Shown one piece after another: positions 24,401 through 37,300 of a stretch of DNA of 64,000 nt. Positions within the stretch are counted from its first letter, which is position 1; each line of letters starts with the position of its first letter. Source of the stretch: Mizuhopecten yessoensis. Taxonomy: Eukaryota. Both the position numbers and the translations under genes were made by a program. Below the pieces are notes generated by a model. That model ran no database searches and had not been told where the DNA came from. It was given only the letters and a program-made list of their open reading frames with translations. Location: assembly GCF_002113885.1 (NCBI RefSeq), contig NW_018404481.1, positions 795,322-859,321 on the forward strand. Direction: 5' to 3'.

Positions 24401-27400
24401 CTAAAACTACTGAAGTTTGTGCTGAATGTATGCAAACATTTATGACTATGATAATGGTGATTAGGGCCTTCATAATGTAATCAGAAGGTTAAAGTTGAAC
24501 ACTTGTTGGCACCCGCAGTTTTGGAAGAGTTGTCCGGACAAGGATTTTTCAACCAAGGGCCATAACTTTGTAAACCAAAGAGTCAGAATGAAAAAGAATA
24601 CCTGAATGCGGATGATAGTTTTCATATCTGGAATCTTTCGTTGAAATCGATTGATTGCATTAGAAGGAGTTGTCCGGACAAAAAGGTTTCAGTTTTCAGG
24701 TTTTATTTCCCCCCCCCCCCCCCCCCCCCTTGGGGATGGGGGTTGGTGGGGGTAAAATAACTTCATTAAATGTCGAAAAAGCCATTATACCTCTCGCTGA
24801 ATTCTGTCTATAGCAGCAGTCGTGTCATCTTTATAGTGATATAGATGGTAAATACTATAGTTCAGGTCATTTGAAACATCTATATCAACCTGCAATCAAA
24901 GAAATTAGGATAAATGTGTGTCATGATTCATAATACAATAAAATAAACAAAATACAAACAAATATACACCGAATGGTTTTGTCATAAGTCACCTAAAGAA
25001 ACATAAAACCATAAGGAAATAGCATAAGCTATGCTTTAAATGTTACAAAAAAAAACAAAAAAAAAACACAACCACATGTGAAACATAACAGTAGTAGCAT
25101 AATGAATAATCGTCAATTAATGAGATACGAAATATAATGTACTAATATGACATGAGACACACAATAAAACGAAGGTACTTCATAGTAACTAAACAATCAC
25201 TTTGCTAATTCTTATTATTTGAAATTGGGGGAAGAGCGACATCTGACTTAAAAGCCGGTCAATTTTGCCGTTATGCTGCCGTGTAATTCTTTTGAAGTAC
25301 ATTTAAGGATCATGTACTTGTATCATCCACATGGAGGTGCTTGCACAGCCTTTAATTAAGTCATGACATTACTATGGATGACAAAGGATGTGTGTAACCA
25401 GATGCGTGACTTTTGGATGTCGAAGATGTGCATAGGTATAACATGAGATATTAAAATGTAGCAAAATATCCATCACAATAAATGACATAATACACATAAT
25501 GTAAACATATAATGAAATTACACGAGACATAATAATACAAATTACATAAGACACAGAAGCAAGATGAGTATACGGGCTATATTATAGAGAGTTCAAAATA
25601 AACATACATATGATCAACTCATAAAGACCAATCTGTCCGGGCCTGTCATTGTATATCACACAGGATATCGCAATTCAACCTGTCTTGGTTTCATTGTTAT
25701 ATGACAGACAAATTAAAATAATACATATTCATAAAAATTGAAATATAAAATAAATTACCAATTTGAATGAAAGGGCATTATTCAACTTACGAAATTTATT
25801 ATAATAATGATGTATGAGCATCATGTTTAAAATTCGAAAACAGCTCATGGGAATAATGTTATATTGATGAGGTTTTTGTTTTTGAATAATAATCAAAGTA
25901 GAGAAACGCATTATTTCGTAACAGACACATCAAACTAATGATGTGAATAATGTGTTGATGAAGGACAGTGTTGCATTGTTTTCCAATGATGGACCTTACC
26001 TGGAGCATTATGGCTTAATATGTGATAGAAGTCATATAAAGAAAACACTATAAGTTTGTGTTACCAGGGCCCAGTTGTTCAAAAGGCGATTAGCTTCATC
26101 ATTGATTAGCTCAAATTTTCATTTTCGTGTATCTTTAAAATAAAACCATCAAACTACTTACAACTTTCCAGAAATAAAATATAAGTAGAGTGAAATTATA
26201 TACAAAATTGTGAGATTTTACCTTGTTTATTGACGAAATTATAATAGGTTGAAATATGTCGTTAAACAATGATTAAGCTAACAACCTTTTCAACAACTGG
26301 GCCCAGCTGGACGATGATTGGGTCATTATTATCCACATCAAAAAAATCAATGAATAGATTTGTTTAGTATCTTCTGAAACAATCGATAACATCGATGTAT
26401 TTCAAAATCAAGGACTAATTAAAACCAAGATTTTATGTAAGAAAGGAAAATATATAAAAACATATATGAAGGCAATAAGTTAACCATTAGGGAAAGGGTT
26501 ATTATTTTAAAGATAATATTACTTCATTTCTGATTATCAAAACATGGTTTTACATCTAGCAATATATATATATAATATATATATATTAACAAATATTATG
26601 AAAAAGAAACACACCAGGTGATGACGTAAGATAGCGAAGCGATTAAAGTTTGTTTCAAATACTACAGTTCTTGCAAAAATCGAAATTATTCATTGAATGG
26701 AAAAGATATTTTTCACAAATTAGGAAGCTTTCAAAACCGTTATCTTTAACGTCAATAGTGTTATTTAAAGCACGAGTATACACTATTAACAAGTCAGGAG
26801 ACGGATACACTGGCCAAGCCCTGTTACATCCGGACATTAGGATAATAGCCTGATAAATCCGGTGACGATAATGGAACTGGTTCACGCCTTATCAAAACTA
26901 CCAGTAGATAGAACGATCTCGTATTAGAGTAGAGCAATGGAGACCATGAGAATAAGCTACATTTCGTTTCAAAATTATTTTATTGTTGCAATTAATAGGA
27001 TTGGGCTATAAAAGCCCTTTCCATATAGAAAGACAAACATTTCAAACATATACTGCATGTAAATTGAAGACGTAATATATTAAGTTTAGGTAGATACAAT
27101 GAAGGGTAGGCCGAACCAATAAGCCAGTTTTATATATATATATATATAAACATAGAGATTAGCAGTCTCATTGGAATATCAGAGATTTTAACAGGATAGA
27201 TCTAGTGTTTGATTAGGGCACTTCAAAGTCACCGTCAGTACATACAGTGCCATATTAACCAGTTACACTAGAATTGCATGCAATCAATGATACATAGTAT
27301 AATATATGGTACAATATTTACATTTGCCCCCGCGCCGTCCCATTACAACAGTGTTAGAGGGCAAGTGTAATTATATAGGCTATAATTACAACTGCTCGAC

Positions 27401-30400
27401 TATAATTACAACTGCCTGTTTCAGGTGTAGGAATATGTAAACAAACAAAATGGCCGCCTGAAATGTATTTTGAGGCAGGGCAAATGGTTTTTGTAGGAAT
27501 ATGTCTTAAAAAAGAAAAANNNNNNNNNNNNNNNNNNNNNNNNNNNNNNNNNNNNNNNNNNNNNNNNNNNNNNNNNNNNNNNNNNNNNNNNNNNNNNNNN
27601 NNNNNNNNNNNNNNNNNNNNNNNNNNNNNNNNNNNNNNNNNNNNNNNNNNNNNNNNNNNNNNNNNNNNNNNNNNNNNNNNNNNNNNNNNNNNNNNNNNNN
27701 NNNNNNNNNNNNNNNNTATTGTTGACATACTTACAAGTGGCCTCTGGCAAATCTACCATAAAATCCTAGCGGGTTTTATGGAATTTGCCAGAGGCCACTT
27801 GTAATTATATCAACAATAATTACATCCAGACAACCAGTTATTGTTTAAATAAAGTTAAAAACGTCCTGATTTTTCTATATAGAATAAGCTTCATCATATT
27901 TAGTTATATCCACTCAACAAGATACTAACTGTATTTGTAATTATCTTAATTCAATAATAATGTTTCAAAAAGCTGGATATATTTAATGACTCAGTATCCA
28001 AATTAGTCGTTTAATCCAGTCTTTTTCCCAATATATGGCCTTAAATGTACAGTAAAAATGTAACTTGGTTTAGCTTTATGCATCAACTTACTCAAATTTT
28101 AAATAAGCGTTTCCTTGCTTTATATTTCTTGAGACTATAATATGGACCATGTATTAATTGTTTAAATTTGCATACCTGAGGAGTTATTAAGACGCTAAAG
28201 CGCTATCGTTTAACGACACGGCACCATTGTAAACCACTGAACAAGTAAGACTTAAGAGCAAAAGCAGTACACGGTAATTTTGTGGTTAAATTAAAAATAC
28301 ATATGACAGTTATTTGAAAAATGACACATGATTGTGGTTTGAGAAATTTATTATCTATAACAAACCACATCCAGAGCTTAACAATAATTTATCAGCTGAG
28401 TGTGCCATTTCAATGAAAAATTAACATAATGACGCTAATTATAGCTGTTGTTAGTAGATAATAATAGCCCACAACTGTGATTTGTCTCTTAGATTATATG
28501 CAAATAAGGCTAATACACGAACACAATATAAGCACGAACAAAGTAACACACAGCTAAGTCCCCCAAACACAGTTGGGGACCTTTTTCTTTGGCTGCCTTT
28601 TATAATATTACTTTTCTTACAATGATTTCGCCAAATAGTTCCCGAGGGTTTTCTTAGAGACTACCTTCCGGATACTTTTGACACTTCACATCAGCCTTGA
28701 TAGGCATATGTAGATGTGCATAATGCGCTTCATGATCTGATTGGTTAACAAACACGGGTTCCGTGGCCGCTGATTGGTTGGCGCGTTTATTGGTGTACGC
28801 CAAGGTGATACCAACGGTCAATCCATATATTTTTATTTGATAGTATAACTTCAATATAATGCTCCTCGTTTCATTTGCTCCTTCACTCACTTCACACATT
28901 TCAATATCCCCTTTTCTACTTTTCTTTAAAAAAAAAGGTGTTATATGTTACCTCGTATTACCGCCAACCCCTTTATAACGCCAAAATAGTGACAGTATAA
29001 CGAGGTTTAACTTTATGGATCATTACATTGAAAGCTCTTTCTGATGCATCGTTTGTAACTATCGGGACAGTTTGGGGACTTGAGTAACAATGAAAGCGTC
29101 TTTATCTCACAATGAATAAAATTACATGAAGAATGTAATATAATGCTTGAAAAAGAAAAAATTATAAAAAGAAAAAAATACATGAAGTAGAACAAAAGAA
29201 CACATGATTTATCATAAAGTGAATAATATCATAGAAAGCCTTTTAGAGGAACTAGTCAACCAAAATATCGTACACAATAGAAGGAATAAACTGTTACCTT
29301 TAGAGTGTGCATTAAGGTATACAGGTCTGAGTGCAATTATATGGCCTCATTAATCACCACTTGACTTATGCGTGGCTGGCACTCGCGAACTGACATAAGA
29401 TATATTAATGACGTCGGTGACTCACCTTGTCATAAATATAGAAGGAAGCGACGCACGTGTATAGCTGACATCCAAATATCACAACAAGGGAAAAGCTGAA
29501 CTAGAACACAGAATTGTACAATACGTTTACGTGAGTCTTCATGATTACATGTGTCAATGTTAGACTTGTCAATGTCTCTTATTACATTAGCGTATGGACT
29601 TTATGTAGAAGGTATGGGGGTCACTGTGACAATTTTGTATTCATAACATGTTCCATTGAATGTGTTTTTGAAAATGTGTTATGTAGACCTCAAATGAATA
29701 ATATACAGGTATGTATAATTATTTCCTAATACAGCGAAGTTTAACATATAACTTAATGCGGAACGAATATGCGCCTTCAAAATCAAACAGTTAGCTTTTT
29801 TCGCCTAGATTTTAAGTAATCTTTTCGATATAATTCGTAAAATGGTAATATTGATATATTTTGAATCCATATTAACTTTTCAGGTGCTATGAAGAAATAT
29901 CTTAATTGAATCCGTTATTGAATTACAAACGTGTTACAACCTGACAGCTTCAACACTTCAACATTGTTTTCTGAATAAACGTCATTATTTCATGAAAATA
30001 AAACCTTGATATGCCTACAATTGCCTTATTGCCTAATGCTTAAATTGCAAATGCCTAACTTATGGTGGTTAAAACAACTTGCAAATATTTTTACATGAAT
30101 GGTATTATAAATGTTAACACTATTGTCAGTGAGTATTTAAGAACAGGTATAAAGTGTATAATATATGTCTCTATTCTACCATCAGACATTTATATCCTGA
30201 TTTATCCATAAGTGATTTATCTTCCAACCCTTAGATTATGAGAACCGGCACGTGCTGAACCGGAAGCGTTATTTTTTTTTTATAATACACACATTTAAGG
30301 AATTAATTGAATTCAAATCTATTTCATATGAAGACAAAATTGTCACGATTGTTTTGAAAAACAAAAAATCTCCGTTTAATTAAACACACTGACAGAAGCT

Positions 30401-30437
30401 ATATATCCATGCCATATATATATATTTAATCCCTTTT

Positions 30438-30479
<42 letters not shown>

Positions 30480-31312
30480 TGGTGAACAAATGGCATTGTT
30501 TAAGGGACAAGTGATTTAAAACTGTTGACATCATGTTTAATATATACTGGAATTTTCCAAAATGATTTCACAACTATGGTGCTTGAATAAATCGCTTGAG
30601 TCGTTGCTTTTAAATTTATTCATGTGGGTCAAATGTAATATACCAAATATACATTACACATCGTTTAAAGTAAAGTGACACTGATCTTAAAAGTGTCTTA
30701 ACTGATGAAATATTAGGTCAAGTTACTAATTTGGGAAATATTAAGAAGTTACAACTATACATTATTTACAACATGACTCATTCCATTCGATAACGAAATG
30801 TTAAGATTAACAAATCTGAATAATTGAAGGTAAAGATTTATAAATATTGTGGAATATATTCTCAAATTATTGATGCTGTGCACGAATGTATTTATCCAAA
30901 CACAACATATTTTGTGTATACACGTACTTTCTAACATACTACTGACTGAATGAAATACATACTTACAAAGCAGACAAGCAATTTATTTTCGTTGACACCA
31001 CCTAAGCAGCCACATATACCACAAACGATACAGGCGCCTCCAGCAGCAATCATGACGTAGGACTGGGTATTGTATGACGTCATATCAAGGACAGGACTGT
31101 ACATATTTACCGTGAGATAAAACCAAATAGACAGTCCAAGTACAGCTGGTCCAGAAAACTGCACGACAGAATAAATACATAAATGAAAATATGATACTGT
31201 GACAAGAAATAAACAACAGTTAAATGTGGACAATAAAGCATACACAAACCAAAATACAAGGATTTAACATATGCATAAAGCTAAAGTCAACAAGCAAACA
31301 GACAGTGTGTGT

Positions 31313-31355
<43 letters not shown>

Positions 31356-34300
31356 TGGTATGTGTGTGTGTGTGGGGGGGGTATAGTTGTTATAAAAAGA
31401 CATCAGATATGTTATATTCACTCATTATATTGCTTTTAAATCACCTTTATTAATTTCTGGCACACCAAAAAAAGACACAGTAATACTGAATAATTTCAAG
31501 TTGAAATTTATCAAAATGCAAATAGATAATTCATATACAATGACCCAGAAGGGATGGTAATTTTTAACAACCAAAGTTAAAAATAAAATAATCAAATGCA
31601 GGTATAAGATAAACAATTAAGTTGATATAAATATAAATCAAGGAACGTTATCCCTGGACAGTTTTTACAACAAAAACGTCATATAAGCCCTTAAAGTCGT
31701 TATTAAAAAAATTCGGTCAAGATATAAACACTTGTAACCAACTACATCACAGAGGTCATGTACATGGCAGAGTTACAACCAAAGTATGACAAAAAAAAAT
31801 CTCAATTATTTGAAAGGTTACACATATTATTCCATTTACGTGATACATTATTCACATTAAATATTTTAGTATTCCAACTCTGGTTAACCAAGTCATTACT
31901 TTATAAGCAAGTAGCTACAAGGTCCATGGGCAGAATACCACCTTCTTGCTGGGATTTAAACCCTTACCACCAAGATACCCAGTGGTTACGGAAACCCTAC
32001 CTACTAAACAGTTGGTCCTAACATCCCCACTTTCAGGATGTCTTTGCCTACGCCAAACCTACAAGGCTCCTAGACATAAAACATAAAGCTTACTGAGCCT
32101 AACACCCCATCTACAATTTTAAAGTTACTGACCATTTACCCCACATACAATGTTAAATGACTTAAATGACACCCCATCTACATTTTAAGGTTACTGACGC
32201 TAACACCCCATCTACAATTTTAAGGTTACTGACGCTAACACCCCACCTACAATTTTCAGGTTACTGACGCTAACACCCCATCTATAATTTTAAGGTTACT
32301 GACGCAAACACCCCATCTACAATTTAAGGCTACTGACGCTAACCCAACATCTACAATTTAAGGTTACTGACGCAAACACCCCATCTACAATTTAAGGCTA
32401 CTGACGCTAACACAACATCTACAATTTAAGGTTACTGACGCTAACACCCCACCTACAATTCAAGGATACTGACGCTAACACCCCATCTACAATTTAAGGT
32501 TACTAACGCTAACACCCCACCTACAATTTAAGGTTACTGAAGCTAACACCCCATCTACAATTTTAAGGTTACTGACGCTAACCCCCCACCTACAAATTTA
32601 AGGTTACTGACGCTACTGAGGCTAACACCCCATCTACAATTTAACGTTACTGACACTTACACCCCACCTACAATTTAAGGTTACTGACGCTAACGCCCCA
32701 TCTACAATTAAAGGTTACTGACGCTAACACTCCATCTACAATTTAAGGTTACTAACGCTAACACCCCACCTACAATTTAAGGTTACTGACGCTAAAATCC
32801 CATCTACAATTTTAAGGTTACTGACGCTAACACCCCACCTACAAATTTAAGTTTACTGACGCTACTGACGCTAACACCCCATCTATAATTTAAGATTACT
32901 GACGCTAACACCCCATCTACAATTAAAGGTTACTGACGCTAACACTCCATCTACAATTTAAGTTTACTGACGCTAACACCCCATCTACAATTTAAGGTTA
33001 CTGACGCTCACACCCCACCTACAAATTTAAGGTTACTGACGCTACTGACGCTAACACCCCATCTATAATTTAAGATTACTGACGCTAACACCCCATCTAC
33101 AATTAAAGGTTACTGACGCTAACACTCCATCTACAATTTATGGTTACTGACGCTAACACCCCACCTACAATTTAAGGGTACTGACGCTAAAACCCCATCT
33201 ACAATTTTAAGGTTACTGACGCTAACACCCCCCCTACAATTTAAGGTTACTGACGCTAACACCCCGCCTACAATTTAAGGTTACTGACGCTAACACCCCA
33301 GCTACAATTTAAGGCTACTGACGCTACCACCCCATCTACAATTTAAGGTTACTGACGCTAACTCCCCATCTACAATTTAAGGTTACTGACGCTAACCCCC
33401 CATCTGCAATTTAAGGTTACTGACGCTAACACCCCATCTGCAATTTAAGGTTACTGACGCTAACGCCCCATCTACAATTAAAGGTTACTGACGCTAACAC
33501 TCCATCTACAATTTATGGTTACTGACGCTAACACCCCACCTACAATTTAAGGTTACTGACGCTAACGCCCCATCTACAATTAAAGGTTACTGACGCTAAC
33601 ACTCCATCTACAATTTATGGTTACTGACGCTAACACCCCACCTACAATTTAAGGTTACTGACGCTAAAACCCCATCTACAATTTTAAGGTTACTGACGCT
33701 AACCCCCCACCTACAATTTAAGGTTACTGACGCTAACACTCCATCTACAATTTAAGTTTACTGACGCTAACACCCCATCTACAATTTAAGGCTACTGACG
33801 CTAATACCCCATCTACAATTTAAGGCTACTGACGCTAATACCCCATCTACAATTTAAGGCTACTGACGCTAATACCCCATCTACAATTTAAGGCTACTGA
33901 CGCTAATACCCCATCTACAATTTAAGGCTACTGACGCTAAGACCCCATCTACAATTTAAGGTTACTGACGCTAACACCCCACCTACAATTTAAGGTTACT
34001 GACGCTAACACCCACCTACACATTTAAAGTTACTGACGCTACTGACGCTAACACCCCATCTACAATTTAAGGTTACTAACGCTAACACCCGATCTACAAT
34101 TTAAGGTTACTGACGCTACTGACGCTAACACCCCATCTCTAATTTAAGATTACTGACGCTAACACCCCATCCACAATTTAACGTTACTGACGCTAACACC
34201 CCCCCTACAATTTAAGGTTACTGACGCTAACACCCACGTACACATTTAAAGTTACTGACGCTACTGACGCTAACACCCCATCTATAATTTAAGATTACTG

Positions 34301-37300
34301 ACGCTTACACCCCATCTACAATTAAAGGTTACTGACGCTAACACTCCATCTACAATTTAAGGTTACTAACGCTAACACCCGATCTACAATTTAAGGTTAC
34401 TGACGCTACTGACGCTAACACCCCATCTATAATTTAAGATTACTGACGCTAACACCCCATCTACAATTAAAGGTTACTGACGCTAACACTCCATCTACAA
34501 TTTAAGGTTACTGACGCTAACACCCACCTACACATTTAAGGTTACTGACGCTATTGACGCTAACACCCCATCTACAATTTAAGGCTACTGACGCTAACAC
34601 CCCATCTACAATTTTAAGGTTACTGACGCTAACACCCCACCTACAATTTAAGGTTACTGAAGCTAACACCCCATCTATAATTTTAAGGTTACTGGCGCAA
34701 ACACCCCATCTACAATTTAAGGCTACTGACGCTAACACCCCATCTACAATTTAAGGTTACTGACGCTAACACCCCATCCACAATTTAACGTTACTGACGC
34801 TTACACCCCACCTACAATTTAAGGTTACTGACGCTAACACCCACCTACACATTTAAGGTTACTGACGCTACTGACGCTAACACCCCATCTACAATTTAAC
34901 GTTACTGACGCTTACACCCCACCTACAATTTAAGGTTACTGACGCTAACACCCACCTACACATTTAAGGTTACTGAGGCTACTGACGCTAACACCCCATC
35001 TACAATTTAACGTTACTGACGCTTACACCCCACCTACAATTTAAGGTTACTGACTCTAACACCCACCTACACATTTAAGGTTACTGACGCTATTGACGCT
35101 AACACCCCATCTACAATTTAAGGTTACTGACGCAAACACCCCAACTACAAATTTAAGGTTACTGACGCTACTGACGCTAACGCCCCATCTACAATTTAAG
35201 GTTACTGACGCTAACCCCCCACCTCCAAATTTAAGGTTACTGACGCTACTGACGCTAACGCCCCATCTACAATTTAAGGTTACTGACGCTAACACCCCAC
35301 CTACAATTTAAGGTTACTGAAGCTAACACCCCATCTATAATTTTAAGGTTACTGACGCTTACACCCCACCTACAATTTAAGGTTACTGACTCTAACACCC
35401 ACCTACACATTTAAGGTTACTGACGCTATTGACGCTAACACCCCATCTACAATTTAAGGTTACTAACGCTAACACCCCATCTACAATTAAAGGTTACTGA
35501 CGCTAACACCCCATCTACAATTAAAGGTTACTGACGCTAACACCCCATCTACAATTAAAGGTTACTGACGCTAACACCCCATCTACAATTTTAAGGTTAC
35601 TGACGCTAACACCCCACCTACAATTCAAGGTTACTGACGCTAACACCCCATCTACAATTTTAAGGTTACTGACGCTAACACCCCACCTACAAATTTAAGG
35701 TTACTGACGCTACTGACGCTAACGCCCCATCTACAATTTAAGGTTACTGACGCTAACACCCCACCTACACATTTAAGGTTACTGACGCTACTGACGCTAA
35801 CACCCCATCTACAATTTAAGGCTACTGACGCTAACACCCCATCTACAATTTAACGTTACTGACACTTACACCCCACCTACAATTTAAGGTTACTGACGCT
35901 AACACCCACCTACACATTTAAGGTTACTGACGCTATTGACGCTAACACCCCATCTACAATTTAAGGTTACTGACGCAAACACCCCACCTACAAATTTAAG
36001 GTTACTGACGCTACTGACGCTAACACCCCATCTACAATTTAAGGCTACTGACGCTAACACCCCATCTACAATTTAACGTTACTGACGCTTACACCCCACC
36101 TACAATTTAAGGTTACTGACGCTAAAACCCCATCTACAATTTAAGGTTACTGACGCTAACACCCCATCTACAATTTAAGGTTACTGACGCAAACACCCCA
36201 CCTACAATTTTAAGTGAATGACGCTAACATCCCACCTACAATTTAAGGTTACTGCCCCATCAACAAGATTACTGGACATAGCACCCCACCTGCGTAATCC
36301 AACCTCCATCCATCGCTATCGTAACGTTATGTATACGACAACTTTAAATGACCTTGCGCGGTTCTCGCGATATTTAGATTCTTAAAAGCACAGGTAAGGT
36401 AGAAATTATATTGATTTAGACCTTTGTATCAGTATCGAAAAACATTGAGCCTGTGTGTTTAAAACATTGCAAGAACATGAGGTAAAGTAGTTACAGTACC
36501 TCCTATTCATAGATGTATCGTAATGCATGCAGGAAACATTTCTGTATATAAATCTGTCTCGGCAACAATTCGTTAATATGCTGAATTCATGAACAAACTT
36601 ACATCACTACCAATTACACTTTAAATAAACTTCATACACTACTTTAAAACGACACACAGAGCCAAACCCCCGCCCCGTATAACACCTTACGCTGTACGTC
36701 ACATAATTATATACAAAGTAATTGACAAAAATAGCATCAACAAGAAAATGTAAAACAAGGTTGACCTTTGACCGAGGTCAACCTGTGCTCTATATTACAC
36801 ACACCTACAGGTGTAAGGTGAAACATCAACCCAACAGGGTTCTGAAAACATTACCTGGGACCATTGTGTTATGCTTACATATAACCTCAACATATTGATG
36901 GCGAGACCAGCGTTATCTGGGATGAATTTTATTACGTTAATCTTCGCCCCGAAATCTGATGTAAGATACATTACTATAAATATGCACGCGCCCAAGTAGG
37001 TGCCTAAGATTCAGTGAATGAGGTATCTTTGAACAGGTGGTCTCAGAGTATAGCACTATGTTTACACAACTAAGCTATCTAGAATGATAGTACTTGATTT
37101 CTCTGACGTTAAGGCACAAGACCTACTGCAATGACAAGTCAGCTTTAAAAAACATATTTAGATATATATATATAAGACAGAATACTCAATGGTATCAATT
37201 AAAGTTATTTTATCCGTCAATAGCTGTATTTGTTGTGAATATTCATGCGTAAAACAGAACGGAATATAATTTATAACTTTTAAATGCATATAAATATACG

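Noticed and set aside
27354-27804. ORFs spanning poly-X
   Set aside because: Artefacts of the N gap.
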